In this document: positions 1 through 11,815 of the stretch, in pieces
How positions within the stretch are numbered: position 1 is the stretch's first letter
How the letters are laid out: each line of letters starts with the position of its first letter
Assembly: GCA_963783575.1 (NCBI GenBank)
Contig: CAWAOD010000014.1
Coordinates: 448,001 to 512,000, forward strand
Direction of reading: 5' to 3'
Origin: an uncultured Spirochaetota bacterium
GTDB taxonomy: Bacteria > Spirochaetota > Brevinematia > Brevinematales > JAOACQ01
DNA length: 64,000 nt
The notes under the pieces: model-generated
The model's database searches: none
What the model was told of the DNA's origin: nothing
The model's input: the letters and a program-made list of their open reading frames with translations, nothing else
Made by a program: the position numbers and the translations under genes

Positions 1-989
1 ACCAGTCCTATCGGAAGTTCTTTCAGCAGTTTTTTGTATCTTTCCTCGGAAGCCTTCAGTTTATTAAAGAGAAGATGCTGGAGAGAATCGTCCAGTATAG
101 TAAAAAGGCAGCCGCGTATCTGGCCTGTGTTGGAATAAAAAGGAATCCCTCTTACTTTTAAATTTTTATTCTGGAAATAAAAATCTTTTTCTTCTGTCTG
201 CCCGCTCATAATTCTCAAGAATGTATCTTCTTCAATGAGCTGCTTTATATTTATCAATTCTCTTGAAAATAAATTCCCTATACCCTTATTAGGCTTGACA
301 ATTTTTCCATCATCATCCGTTACGCACATGGCAACTGGATTTTTATAGAAAACACCGTCAAGGAATTCAAAATTTTCTTTATATTTTGTCGAAGTTTCTT
401 CAAGGTAAAGTACTAAAAAAAGCTGCCTTTTAATGAAAAGTATGAATTTATCAAAAGTTTTATTTATATTTTTATATTTGTAAAAAAGAATGAAAAAATA
501 ATGAACGCCTATAAAATCAAAATTAATAGGATAAACTTTGGCTTGATTCACAGAAATTTGTTCACTGTTAATGAGATAAAATACCGATGAGAAAGGTATG
601 CATTCGTAATATTCCTCATAGATTCTACAATCGGAAGTATTCTCCACATTTTCAATACCGGAATATTTTTGAAAAAAAGAAATGATCCGTTCATCGCCGA
701 TTAGCCTGTTATTTATAAAATCCTTTAATATTACGCCATCATAACGAAGTATCATAATTTTCCTGAACAATCCTGTTTGAATAATAATATTAAAGATCGA
801 TTGGAGAAATTCATCAAAATTTAACAGTGATGTGAGTGAAGAAAATTGCTCCATAATTACGTTTTCAAATTTCTCCACCATTTTTTTTACAGGTTCCGGT
901 TCTTTATTGATCGCTTTTGATATAAAAAAACCTGCGGTAAAACTAAGAACTGCTGAAAAGGCAGATATAACAATAATAAGCGGCATCAT
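1..989 (-). CDS. Membrane-anchored PAS-domain sensor protein, runs off the left edge (output domain not visible)
   Basis: Manual translation from ATG at 989: MMPLIIVISAFSAVLSFTAGFFI (TM) ... FYKNPVAMCVTDDDGKIVKPNKG ... SEERYKKLLKELPIGL (PAS-like starts); open to position 1. Confidence 0.65.
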   Translation of the reverse strand, partial: MMPLIIVISAFSAVLSFTAGFFISKAINKEPEPVKKMVEKFENVIMEQFSSLTSLLNFDEFLQSIFNIIIQTGLFRKIMILRYDGVILKDFINNRLIGDERIISFFQKYSGIENVENTSDCRIYEEYYECIPFSSVFYLINSEQISVNQAKVYPINFDFIGVHYFFILFYKYKNINKTFDKFILFIKRQLFLVLYLEETSTKYKENFEFLDGVFYKNPVAMCVTDDDGKIVKPNKGIGNLFSRELINIKQLIEEDTFLRIMSGQTEEKDFYFQNKNLKVRGIPFYSNTGQIRGCLFTILDDSLQHLLFNKLKASEERYKKLLKELPIGL

Positions 990-1010
990 AAACCTTTCGT
1001 CGGCAAAAAT

Positions 1011-1337
1011 TTAAACAATAGCTTCCAGATTATCGACAATATTAAAAAATTCATTTAAACGGAACGTTATAAATAAATCTTTGATATCTTTGTTCAATCC
1101 GGTAATATACAATTTACCTCCAAGATCATCCAGCCTTTTATAGGCTAACAGCAATTTGCCGATCCCGCTGCTGCCGATAAATACCATATCTGAAAAGTCA
1201 ATAATAATTTGTCTTTTTCCATCATCGATAAGAGAAGTTAATGCCTCTTTAAATTCCCTGGCATCAGGGTCCGTTACAAGATTTTCTTTAATTTTAATAA
1301 GGGTTTTACCCTTATAATCAATAACTTCGAATTTCAT
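1011..1337 (-). CDS. STAS-domain anti-sigma factor antagonist
   Basis: IIIDFSDMVFIGSSGIGKL motif; start moved to MKFEV behind a GGGAG RBS. Confidence 0.88.
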   Translation of the reverse strand: MKFEVIDYKGKTLIKIKENLVTDPDAREFKEALTSLIDDGKRQIIIDFSDMVFIGSSGIGKLLLAYKRLDDLGGKLYITGLNKDIKDLFITFRLNEFFNIVDNLEAIV

Positions 1338-1423
1338 AATTAACTCCCATATCAGGTTTAATCTATCAATAATTTTCAATATAAATCATAAAAAGAAAAT
1401 TATTTTTAATCAAATTTTATAAC

Positions 1424-2794
1424 TTATACTCCGCCGATTAAAACATCTTTAACTACGATATGAGGGCTTCCTGTTCCTACAGGAAGACCGCTCTGTCCGC
1501 CTTTCCCGCATCCGCCCAGTCCGCCATGATGTTCAAGATCGCTTCCAACAACCGTTATATTTTGAAGTGTATTAAAAACGTTGCCTGTCAATACAACATC
1601 ACGGATCAATTCACCGATACTGCCGTTTTTTATCCGGTATGCGTAACCTGCGGAAAAAGTAAACATTTCAAGATTGGTCATTCCTCCAAGATAATCGATT
1701 GCATAGATCCCGTTATCTATAGTCGATAGAAGGTCTTCAAAATCATGATTGCATCTGTCAATATAAGTATTTGTCATACGGACTATAGGCTGGAAACCTG
1801 CACTTACCGAACGGGCATTGCCGGTCGGGGACTCATTCATCTTTTTTGCTGTTTCCCTGGAATGGAGCCTTGAATTAAGCCTGCCGTTTTTTATTAAAAA
1901 TGTTTTACCTGCTTTTACTCCTTCATCGTCATAAGGCGTATATCCGGCCAGCCCTACTAGCCCTCCGTCATCAATGATATTTAAGAATTCTGGGCCAAAC
2001 TGCCTGCCAAGTACCATCACTTCCTGCATTTTCGGGTTTTCATATAAAAAATCCGCTTCCGAGAGATGCCCGAAAGCCTCATGTGCAAAAACACCCGCCA
2101 AAGTTGGGTCTAACAGCACTTTATACTGGCCGGAATCGACCTTTTTTGCGGACAGCAGGTCAATGGCTCTTTTCTTTACTGCTTCAATATCCTGCTCAAG
2201 ACCGAATACAAGTTCCATTCCGCCGTACTGGCCGACAGAATTAAACGCCTGCTGAACATTCATGCCGTCTTTGGCCATTGCCCCATATGATAAACCGGTA
2301 AAAATCTTATGCTGATCAATGCATGAGCCTTCCGTATTTAGAAAATATTTGTCAGCCTTCCAGTCCATATAAGTTACTCTCGTAGATGCTATTTTTGGAT
2401 GCTTAAGGTTATCATTATACTTTTTTACAAGCTCATTTTTATCTTTCATTGCGATTGTTTCCGGTAAAATATTATAATCCGTATTTACCGTCTCTATAAT
2501 TGGTTCTTTAAATTTCGCAATACTACTTTTATTATCAGTTTTGTTCTTGCCCACAAGCCTTGCGTTCTGCTCCGCATAACTAATATTTTTATCAAAATCA
2601 AGATCATTAAAAGAGGCAAAACCCCATCCGCCGTTAACTAATGCCCTGACATTAGCCGATGATGTCTTCGATGAATTAATGACTTCAACGTTATTATTAG
2701 AATATACAATTCTTGTTGAAGTTAAGACTTCATAATGAATCTCACCGTAATCGGCATTGAGATTTTTGATTTTTTCCTTTAATTCCTGAATCAT
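1424..2794 (-). CDS. tldD: TldD/PmbA family metalloprotease (TldD-type)
   Basis: HEAFGHLSEAD metal motif, DDEGV, RMTN, CGKGGQ. Confidence 0.9.
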   Translation of the reverse strand: MIQELKEKIKNLNADYGEIHYEVLTSTRIVYSNNNVEVINSSKTSSANVRALVNGGWGFASFNDLDFDKNISYAEQNARLVGKNKTDNKSSIAKFKEPIIETVNTDYNILPETIAMKDKNELVKKYNDNLKHPKIASTRVTYMDWKADKYFLNTEGSCIDQHKIFTGLSYGAMAKDGMNVQQAFNSVGQYGGMELVFGLEQDIEAVKKRAIDLLSAKKVDSGQYKVLLDPTLAGVFAHEAFGHLSEADFLYENPKMQEVMVLGRQFGPEFLNIIDDGGLVGLAGYTPYDDEGVKAGKTFLIKNGRLNSRLHSRETAKKMNESPTGNARSVSAGFQPIVRMTNTYIDRCNHDFEDLLSTIDNGIYAIDYLGGMTNLEMFTFSAGYAYRIKNGSIGELIRDVVLTGNVFNTLQNITVVGSDLEHHGGLGGCGKGGQSGLPVGTGSPHIVVKDVLIGGV

Positions 2795-2864
2795 ACCCGC
2801 TCCTAAGAAAACAAATCAGGGACTGTTTTTACTGTCCAAAGGCAGCTTAACTGTCCCTGATATT

Positions 2865-3101
2865 TTATTTTTTCATTATTTCTCCAAGTAAACTCTCAAC
2901 CCTTTGAACTTCTTCCTCAAGATGATTTACTTTATTGGATACAATATGAAACCCTTCAATGATTTCCTTGCTTATTTTTTCCATAGTCTTCTCGACAGTT
3001 TCTACATGAGTTTTTGTATTAAGCACTCTGAATTCGAGCTTATCCATTTCCTGTTTTACTCCTTTGACCTTCTCCATTAATTCATCTAAACTTTTATCCA
3101 T
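2865..3101 (-). CDS. Small coiled-coil hypothetical protein
   Basis: GGAGG RBS before MDKSL; heptad-like charged sequence. Confidence 0.6.
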   Translation of the reverse strand: MDKSLDELMEKVKGVKQEMDKLEFRVLNTKTHVETVEKTMEKISKEIIEGFHIVSNKVNHLEEEVQRVESLLGEIMKK

Positions 3102-3219
3102 TTTACCCTCCAAATTTTAAGATAACTATATTATAACAGAAAAAATAAAATTTCAAATTTAAATTACCGCTCATTTCCAATCTGTTTTTTTCTCCTGTTC
3201 TTCCTACTTTTAGCGAATA

Positions 3220-4242
3220 TTACCATTTGGCTTCATGTTCCTCGGCAAATCCCGAAACAGAATCCAGTGTATAGACCCTTCTTCCTTCCGACAGTGTCCC
3301 GGAGAAATTCCCGAAAAGTTGATGGTACCTGCTTGAGATAAGTAAATAATTCTGTATAGAAGACCTTTCGCCCTCCGGATGAAATGAAAGATTTACTTTA
3401 CCGTCGTTTGTAACTATCATCCATTGTGAAAGAAGGTGCAGGTCGTCATACCTAAAATCAACACTGCCGGTTTTTATTAATTTGCCGTCAATCCAGAAAG
3501 CATTTTCAGTAAAACCGGTTTCATTCACACCCTGTGAAAAATTGAAGCCGATTTTTCTGCCTTTTTTGTCAAGCCCGCCTCCCGAAGCCCAATTCCAGAA
3601 TGTTTTCCGCCCTAAATAACCGAATGTATAATCCGCAACTCCTGATGGAACTTTTTCATCAATCTGGAATATTTTTTCAAATAGTTTTAATGTTCCGGAA
3701 ACCGGAATACCGGCTTCTTTATTAGTATAATTGAAACCCTTTAACCCTACCCTTGTTACTAAACTTAATTGTTCTTTGGAATTTAAAAAACGGAGATTGG
3801 CATCCAACTCATTTTTCACTGACGCTTTCAATAATATTTCATCATTTTTCAATTCAATTTTAGCATTTATATCTTTATCAATAAAATCTACATTACCATT
3901 GACAAAACTTCCGTCAAAAAAAGTATGAATTGCAAACGGCTGATTTATGCCGTATTCATTCAATTTCTTTTCTTTCCTGTCAAAAATGTTAACAAAAAAA
4001 TTACTTAGATAACCCAGATGGATTACCGCAATACCGAATATAATATCTTCAGTACAAACGCCTAGGTAAAGCCATCTCTTTATCCGGAAGCCTGTGATGA
4101 TTCCCCTTTCGATCAAAGTAATATCCGGCCTGCCATGCGGCCTGAAATCCTCAATATTAAGATTGTTTAACGGTAATCTATGTAATCCAAATGTCGGTCT
4201 TCCGCCGCTTCCTATTAGATTGGTTTCTTCCCTGAACCTCAT
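3220..4242 (-). CDS. DUF2804-like protein
   Basis: TFWNWASGGG, GFNFSQGVNETGFTENAFWIDG, S.YHQLFG.FSG motifs typical of DUF2804. Confidence 0.75.
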   Translation of the reverse strand: MRFREETNLIGSGGRPTFGLHRLPLNNLNIEDFRPHGRPDITLIERGIITGFRIKRWLYLGVCTEDIIFGIAVIHLGYLSNFFVNIFDRKEKKLNEYGINQPFAIHTFFDGSFVNGNVDFIDKDINAKIELKNDEILLKASVKNELDANLRFLNSKEQLSLVTRVGLKGFNYTNKEAGIPVSGTLKLFEKIFQIDEKVPSGVADYTFGYLGRKTFWNWASGGGLDKKGRKIGFNFSQGVNETGFTENAFWIDGKLIKTGSVDFRYDDLHLLSQWMIVTNDGKVNLSFHPEGERSSIQNYLLISSRYHQLFGNFSGTLSEGRRVYTLDSVSGFAEEHEAKW

Positions 4243-4349
4243 GAATAGCCTCACTTTTTATCTAAAGCCAGTTTAAATTATATACCTTAATAATAAAAAT
4301 GTAAAAACAATGATGAGGGACGAAAATGGGTTAACAGGCAGAAAATAAT

Positions 4350-4385
4350 AAATTTTGCATATTACTGAAATAATAATTAGAATAT
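4350..4385 (+). promoter_or_regulatory. sigma70-type promoter (TTGCAT-N17-TAGAAT), copy 1 of a 35-bp direct repeat
   Basis: aaattttgcatattactgaaataataattagaata; near-identical copy at 6001-6035. Confidence 0.7.
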
Positions 4386-4406
4386 TAAAAAAAGTAGGAG
4401 AACAAA

Positions 4407-5925
4407 GTGAAAGACCTTTTACAAGGTTTAATATTTCTTGTACTATTATTCAACTGCGCAACTTCAGGAATAGCCAATATCGGAAAAGTAAATCAATCAT
4501 TGATCCGGAATGGAGATTTTGGACAGGGAAAAGCTGGCTGGGATTTATGGGTTTCTAACTCCGCTAAGGCTGATTTTAAAGTCAGTGAAGAAAAAGCTTC
4601 CATCAATATTTCGTCTTCCGGAGATAAACCATGGTCCATTATTCTGAACCAGGGTAATCATTTGATTGAAAAAGGGAAGGTCTACCAAGTGCATTTTACT
4701 GCAGCATCCAATCCCCCTTTGCGGATCAGCGTTCATGAGGGAATGTCAGTATCCCCTTATTACTTTTATTCCGGAGACAGGTTTTTTACCCTTACAACGA
4801 AAATGCAGGATTATTCCTTCACTTTTACCATGTGGCAGGAGACAGATTCAAAAAGCTCATTCCAGATTTTTCTCGGCTGTAAGGGAACGGGAAACATTTC
4901 TATTGACGATATCCAATTGACATGCCTGGGAAATGCGGCTGAGGACATCATTCCCACCAACTTTATCCGTCCCGAAAGCCCGGCTATGAAACGGGGAATC
5001 CAGTTCGAACTTCAGCTGGCGTCACCTTATGAAGGCGCCTATGCTCCGGAGTTCCGGGAAGAATATTTCAACTTCATAAAAAAAGACGGCCGATTCGACA
5101 ATATACGTCTTCCGGTCTGGTGGGAATACCATACTCAGAAAACCCCGCCTTATACCATCGATCCTGTTTTCATGAAGCGGGTTGACTGGGCGGTAAGCAG
5201 TTCCCTCAGCCGTGGATTTTTCACCATCCTCAATATGCACTGGTTCAGGGAGTTTGAAAAAAATCCTGTCGGGAATAAAGCCCAGTATCTGGCCACCTGG
5301 AAGCAGATTGCGGAATATTTTAAGGATTATTCCGACTATCTGTATTTTGATATCTTCAACGAGCCGAATGGAAACCTTGATAATTATTGGAATCAGTATT
5401 TAGCGGAGTGTTACGATCTGATCCGTCAGTCAAATCCAACCCGGACCATTATCATTTCCGGATTTTTCTGGGCACATATGGAACAGATTCCCCAGCTTGT
5501 CCTTCCTAAAAGAATCCAGGATGACCCGAATATTATAGTCCAGTTCCACCCCTACACACCTCCTGATTTCTGTTTCCAGGGGCTCGATAGGGAATGGCTT
5601 TGAAGGCTTAAAGAATATCAGGTGGACCGGCAAATCCTCGGAAAAAAAGATGCTTACCGACCTTATGGATGGTGTTCAGGCCTGGGCGAGAAAAAACAAC
5701 AACGTTAAATTGTGGGCAGGAGAGTTCTGCGCACAGGCGGCAGCTCCGGTAGCGGGAGGCTCCTTGCGGGAAGACAGGCTTTTATGGGTTCGTTTTATGA
5801 GGGAAGAACTGGAAAAGCGGAATATCCCCTGGAATTACTACGATTTCAGCGAAGAAGGCTGCAAGGTATACGATATCCAAACAGGCGCCTGGGATGAGGA
5901 ACTGATGAAAGCCCTGACTCGATAA
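4407..5925 (+). CDS. Exported CBM4/9-like + GH5 glycoside hydrolase, split by a 1-nt frameshift near 5580
   Basis: N-terminal signal/lipoprotein-like peptide, NGDF CBM start, IRLPV, IFNEP (acid/base), FHPY; AGEF nucleophile in ORF 5650-5925; removing one G from the G-run at 5579-5582 joins the frames. Confidence 0.85.
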
Positions 5926-6000
5926 TAAATCTTTACAGTTCATATTTCAGGTTTCTCCCGAACAGAGTAATCGAGCCGGGCGAGCGTGTGGAAATTTTAA

Positions 6001-6035
6001 AAATTTTGCATATTACTGAAAAAATAATTAGAATA
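6001..6035 (+). promoter_or_regulatory. sigma70-type promoter (TTGCAT-N17-TAGAAT), copy 2
   Basis: aaattttgcatattactgaaaaaataattagaata, one mismatch to the copy at 4350. Confidence 0.7.
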
Positions 6036-6059
6036 ATATAAAGAAATTGAGAGGGCCAT

Positions 6060-7184
6060 ATGAAGCATAATGATGAGGTAAACCTTTATATAATCAATTA
6101 TAAAGAGGAAATAAATGCCGTCTATTTGTATGAACGTCTTGAAAAAAATGAAAAAAACGAATCTATTAAGCTTATTTATAAAAAACTAGCCGATACTGAA
6201 CGAAAACATGCCGCTTTGTGGCAGAAGAAAATTGAGGATGCCGGATACAATATCCCCGCTGCTGTTCCGGGCTGGCGGACAAAAATTCTCGGGTGGCTGG
6301 CTGAAAGATTCAAACCGGGTTTTGTGATTCCCACTCTTGCGGGTATCGAAAGCTCAGCCGCTTCCGGATACGAAGGCCAGCCTGATGCTGAAAAAGCGGG
6401 ACTGCCTGCGGAAGAGCGTTCCCATGCAAGGATATTCAATTATCTTGCGCAGACAACTGCAGGGCTTGACGGCAATTCTGTCGCCCATTTTGAGGGAAGG
6501 CACAAGGCAGGGGGAGGAAATGCCCTCCGCGCAGGCGTGCTTGGCGCAAATGACGGTCTTGTTTCGATTTTCAGCCTTTTAATGGGCGTTGCAGGAGCGG
6601 GTGTTCCATCAAAAGGCATTCTTATTACCGGCTTTGCAGGACTTCTGGCCGGAGCCTTATCGATGGCCCTGGGGGAATGGCTTTCGGTGCAGAGTTCGCG
6701 GGAACTTTATCTAAACCAGATTTCAATTGAACAGAAAGAATTGCAGGATTCTCCGCAGGAAGAACTTGAGGAACTCTCTTTAATTTACCAGGCTAAAGGT
6801 ATGGATAGCGATTCGGCAAGAAACCTGGCCAAGAAATTACTGTTAAACGAAAAATCCGCCCTGGACACTCTCTCGCGTGAAGAACTTGGCATAAACCCCG
6901 ATGAACTCGGGGGATCGGCCTGGGAGGCGGCTTTTACATCCTTCTGCCTGTTTTCGGTGGGGGCAATTATTCCGGTTCTGCCTTTCATATTTTTATCAGG
7001 AACTTTAGGAATAATCGTAAGCATTGCTGCATCAATATGCGGATTATTCATTATCGGGGCTTTTATTACTCTCTTGACCGGTAAAAATCCTGTATTATCA
7101 GGCGTCAGACAGGTATTGATCGGACTTGCAGCTTCGGCCGTAACTTTTACAATCGGAAGGCTCCTGGGAGTAAATTTAAGCTGA
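6060..7184 (+). CDS. VIT1/CCC1 family Fe/Mn transporter with N-terminal ferritin/rubrerythrin-like domain
   Basis: LRAGVLGANDGLVS, AGALSMALGEWLS, EELG motifs; ExxH motifs in the N-terminal domain. Confidence 0.88.
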   Translation: MKHNDEVNLYIINYKEEINAVYLYERLEKNEKNESIKLIYKKLADTERKHAALWQKKIEDAGYNIPAAVPGWRTKILGWLAERFKPGFVIPTLAGIESSAASGYEGQPDAEKAGLPAEERSHARIFNYLAQTTAGLDGNSVAHFEGRHKAGGGNALRAGVLGANDGLVSIFSLLMGVAGAGVPSKGILITGFAGLLAGALSMALGEWLSVQSSRELYLNQISIEQKELQDSPQEELEELSLIYQAKGMDSDSARNLAKKLLLNEKSALDTLSREELGINPDELGGSAWEAAFTSFCLFSVGAIIPVLPFIFLSGTLGIIVSIAASICGLFIIGAFITLLTGKNPVLSGVRQVLIGLAASAVTFTIGRLLGVNLS

Positions 7185-7273
7185 GTTTGTCATTTCGAAC
7201 TGAGTCGAGTGATGTATTTATTTAATAAAAAAATTGGGATATAAGATTGTTCATTTTTTTAGAGGGGAAATAA

Positions 7274-10200
7274 ATGATGGAAAAAAGTGTTCGAAGGGTT
7301 TACGCTGAAAAAATACGGGAATATGACAGCGAGGGCGGCAATCTCTGTAACGAATTCAAAGAATACCTCGGAATTCAAAATATAGACAGGGTGCGTGTCA
7401 TCCATAGGTACGATATTGAAGGAATATCCCTGGCGGCGTATAATCAGGCCAGGAATACAATCTTTTCGGAACCGCCTGTTGATATAGTTTATGATGAAAA
7501 TTTAATTTTCGGTGAAGATGAACTGGTTTTCGCCTGGGAATATCTTCCCGGACAGTATGATCAGCGTGCCGATTCAGCGGCGCAGGCAATTCAAATTCTG
7601 ACACAGGACATAAAGCCTCTTATCAGATCGGCGACAGTTTTTGCCATATCCGGAAAAATTTCTGATAATGATCTTTCACGTATCAAGAATTATATAATCA
7701 ACCCGGTGGATTCACGAGAAGCTTACCTGGAAAAACCTGAAACGCTTGAAGAAAAATATCTCGTTCCAGATGATGTTCCTATTATCGATAGATTTATCTC
7801 AATGAACGAAAAGGAGCTGTCTTATCTTCTAAATGAAATGGAACTTGCGATGGATCTGGATGATCTTAAATTCTGCCAGATTTATTTCAAAGATACGGAA
7901 AAGCGGAATCCAACATTGACAGAAATGCGGATTATAGATACATATTGGTCCGACCATTGCAGGCATACTACATTCCTGACTGAAATCGATTCCATAGAAT
8001 TTTCAGATGGCCCATATAGGAAAGTTTTTGAATCCGCATATCATGATTATTTAAAAAAACATAATGAGATTTATTCTGATAAAGAAAAACCGGTTTCACT
8101 TATGGATTTAGCAACCATCGCCATGAAAAGTTCTAAAAAATGCCGGTAAAATACCCGACCTGGATGAATCTGAGGAAATAAACGCCTGCAGTATAATTGT
8201 TCCGGTTGAGATTGACGATAAAAAAGAGGATTGGCTAATACAGTTTAAAAACGAGACGCATAATCACCCTACTGAGATAGAACCTTTCGGAGGCGCCGCG
8301 ACCTGCATCGGAGGGGCAATCCGCGATCCGCTTTCGGGTAGGGCATTTGTATATCAGGCAATGCGGGTTACCGGAAGCGGTGATCCCAGGACCACAATTG
8401 ATAAAACAATGCCCGGCAAACTGCCCAGCGTAAAATCACGGTGGAGGCCGCTCATGGGTACAGTTCATACGGCAACCAGATCGGCCTCACAACAGGTCTT
8501 GTGTCTGAAATTTATGACGAAGGCTATACCGCAAAAAGAATGGAAATCGGAGCGGTTATCGGGGCTGTACCTAAAGCCGATGTTATAAGGACTCATCCTG
8601 AACAGGGGGATGTAGTCATACTGCTTGGTGGAAGAACAGGAAGGGACGGCTGCGGCGGCGCTACCGGATCATCAAAAGTACACACCGACGAGTCGGTTTC
8701 AAAGTCAGGCGCGGAAGTTCAAAAGGGCAACGCGCCTGAAGAAAGAAAACTCCAGAGACTCTTCCGAAAACCTGAAGCAATCCGTTTAATAAAAAAATGC
8801 AATGATTTTGGGGCAGGCGGCGTTTCCGTTGCGATAGGCGAGCTTGCGGACGGATTGACCGTAAATCTGGATAAAATCCCGAAGAAATACGAAGGCCTGG
8901 ACGGGACGGAACTTGCCATATCCGAATCCCAGGAAAGAATGGCCGTTGTAGTTGAAAAAAAAGATGCGTCTAAATTTTTAGAATTGGCCTCAATGGAAAA
9001 TCTTGAAGCCACAATCGTTGCCGAAGTAACTGACGATTCAATCTTTAGAATGGAATGGAGAGGAAAAGAAATCGTCAATCTCCAAAGAAAATTTCTTAAT
9101 TCGAACGGGGCAAAAAAACATATAAATGTCAATGCCGGACATCCGGAAATGACCGGCTGTCCATTTGAAAAAATAAGGCCCGAATTAGGCGGCCTTGATT
9201 TATCCGATGCCTGGATTACAAACCTGTCAAACCTTAATACGGCAAGTCAGAAAGGCCTTGTTGAAAGATTCGATTCCAATATCGGTGCGGCAAACGTGAT
9301 AATGCCTTTCGGCGGCAAATACAGGCTTACACCTTCTGAGTTTATGGCCGCAAAAATACCTTTGCTTAAAGGTGAAACAACATCCGGAACTGTTATGGCT
9401 TATGGGTTCGACCCGGTAATATCCCGCTGGAGCCCCTTCCATGGCGCTGTTTATGCTATCGTGGAATCTATTGCGAAAACGGCAGCGGCAGGCACGGATC
9501 CATTAAAAGTCAGGCTGACACTTCAGGAATACTTTGAAAAGCTTAGAAAAGACCCGCAGCGCTGGGGAAAGCCTTTCCTGGCTTTACTTGGCGCTTATAG
9601 AGCTCAAATGAAGCTTTCTGTTCCATCTATCGGAGGTAAGGACAGTATGTCGGGAAGTTTTAACGATATGGATGTTCCTCCGACTCTTGTCAGCTTCGCG
9701 GTCAATAGCTATGATGTAAGAAATACGGTTACTCCGGAATTTAAAAAACCTGGAAGCATTGTAGTTTATCTGCCTGTTGAAAGGGACAAAAACCATCTGC
9801 CGGTTTGGAGTTCCCTTATAAATCTTTACGGTAAAGTTCATGAACTGATAAGGAAAAAAATCGTGCTGTCCTCACATACGGTAGGCGGATACGGAATTGC
9901 CGATGCTTTAAGCAAAATGTGCTTCGGTAATAAAATAGGATTTAAATTTGAGTATGAACCAGATGTGCTTGAACTTTTCGGTCCCGGATACGGATCGATG
10001 ATTCTTGAAGTATCAGATTCACAAGTAATTGCTTCCAATTCCTCATTTGTTATGCTTGGTCAAACAATACAGGAAGAAAAAATTATTATCGGCAAGACTG
10101 AAATAGCTCTGGACAAATTGATACCGGCTTGGGAAAAACCTTTATCCGGAATATTCCCGGAAAAATCCGGATTAATTAACGTTATGGTAAAGGATTATTC

Positions 10201-11041
10201 ATATGAAAAGAAAGGCATTTTAACTGCAAAATCGTCTTTTTCAAAACCGCGTGTTTTAATAACCGCTTTTCCCGGGACGAACAGCGAATACGACTCCGCA
10301 AGGGCTTTTGAAAAAGCGGGGGCCGAGGTTGAGATTTTTGTTTTCCGCAATCGGAAACCCTCTGATATTACCGATTCGCTCAATGAGATGGTCAGGCTTA
10401 TTCGTAAATCCCAGATTGTAATGATACCCGGCGGGTTCAGTTCCGGCGATGAACCCGAAGGTTCGGGAAAATTCATAGCGGCGGTTTTCAGGAATTCAAA
10501 AGTTAGGGATGAGGTTATGGATCTGCTGAATAAACGCGACGGTCTGATGCTGGGAATATGCAACGGCTTTCAGGCGTTGATTAAAATCGGCCTGGTGCCA
10601 TGGGGCGAGACCCGCGAACTTGATTCAAACTCTCCTACCCTTACATATAATACAATCGGCAGGCATATATCAGCAATGATACAGACAAAAGTCGTTTCCC
10701 GCCTTTCTCCATGGTTTTATAACACTGAATTGGGAGAAATCCATACTCTCCCGGTATCTCATGGTGAAGGCCGCTTTATATGTCCGCAAGCTGTACTGGA
10801 TTCTCTTAAGAAAAAAGGGCAGATCGCAACTCAATATGTTGATGAATCGGGGCATGCCGCGGCAAAAATGCCGGAAAACCCGAACGGTTCTTTTTTTGCC
10901 ATAGAGGGCATTACAAGTCCAGACGGGAGAGTGCTTGGTAAAATGGCACATTCCGAAAGAATCTCCGAATTTGTTGCCCAGAATATTCCAGGTAATAAAT
11001 TTCAGCGGATATTTGATTCTGGTGTGGATTATTACAAATAA
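7274..11041 (+). CDS. purL: Phosphoribosylformylglycinamidine synthase (large fused PurL), two 1-nt frameshifts (~8128, ~8425)
   Basis: [26 protein letters not shown] (middle frame), [39 protein letters not shown]. Confidence 0.93.
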
Positions 11042-11168
11042 ATCATCGAAACGATTCGCACTCAATATCAGTTTGTTTAAAGGATACGGTTCAAATTTTT
11101 ATCGCTTGACACTTGAATAAAATATAATTATAATCCTTTATTGAAAAAATAATTTTAAGGAGAAACCG

Positions 11169-11777
11169 ATGGAAAACAGCGATAAGAGCAGAAAAGACTT
11201 GAAATTGAGCGCAAAGAACATTTTAAAGGGCAGGTGGGGGCTTGCCGCTGTAGCGACATTGATTTATCTGATTATATGCGTTATTCCCGGCAGTTTTCCG
11301 CCCATCGGTACAGTAATCGTGTTGATCATAGGCGGACCGCTTGTTTTAGGCTATACTATATATATGTTCGCCTTCAGTAAAGGAGAAAATGTTAAACTTG
11401 AAATACTCTTCGACGGATTCAAACATTTTGTACCTTCATTAATACTATATTTATTGATTCTGGTTTTTACTGTATTATGGTCGCTTCTTTTGATTATTCC
11501 TGGTATCATTGCCGCACTTCGTTATTCCATGGCGTTTTTTATACTTTATGAAAATCCGGATATGGCTGCCCTAGATGCTCTGAATAAAAGCAAAGAAATG
11601 ATGGCAGGCCATAAAATGGAATTATTTATGCTTCTTCTCAGCTTTATTTTATGGTTCCTTTTGATTATTGTTACTCTGGGAATTGCCAGTTTTTGGGTTA
11701 CTCCATATATATTCCTAACCGTAATAAATTTTTATGAAAATCTGAAGACGGCTAAACCGGCTGTTGAAAGTAAATGA
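11169..11777 (+). CDS. DUF975-like membrane protein
   Basis: LWSLLLIIPGII.ALRYSM, ALNKSKEMMAGHK motifs. Confidence 0.8.
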   Translation: MENSDKSRKDLKLSAKNILKGRWGLAAVATLIYLIICVIPGSFPPIGTVIVLIIGGPLVLGYTIYMFAFSKGENVKLEILFDGFKHFVPSLILYLLILVFTVLWSLLLIIPGIIAALRYSMAFFILYENPDMAALDALNKSKEMMAGHKMELFMLLLSFILWFLLIIVTLGIASFWVTPYIFLTVINFYENLKTAKPAVESK

Positions 11778-11815
11778 AATAATGAACATTTTTCTTTTTG
11801 CGAAATAATATTTTA

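Noticed and set aside
8120..8440. Programmed frameshifting or true pseudogene in purL
   Set aside because: Two single-base homopolymer indels of the same kind as in unrelated genes; sequencing error is simpler
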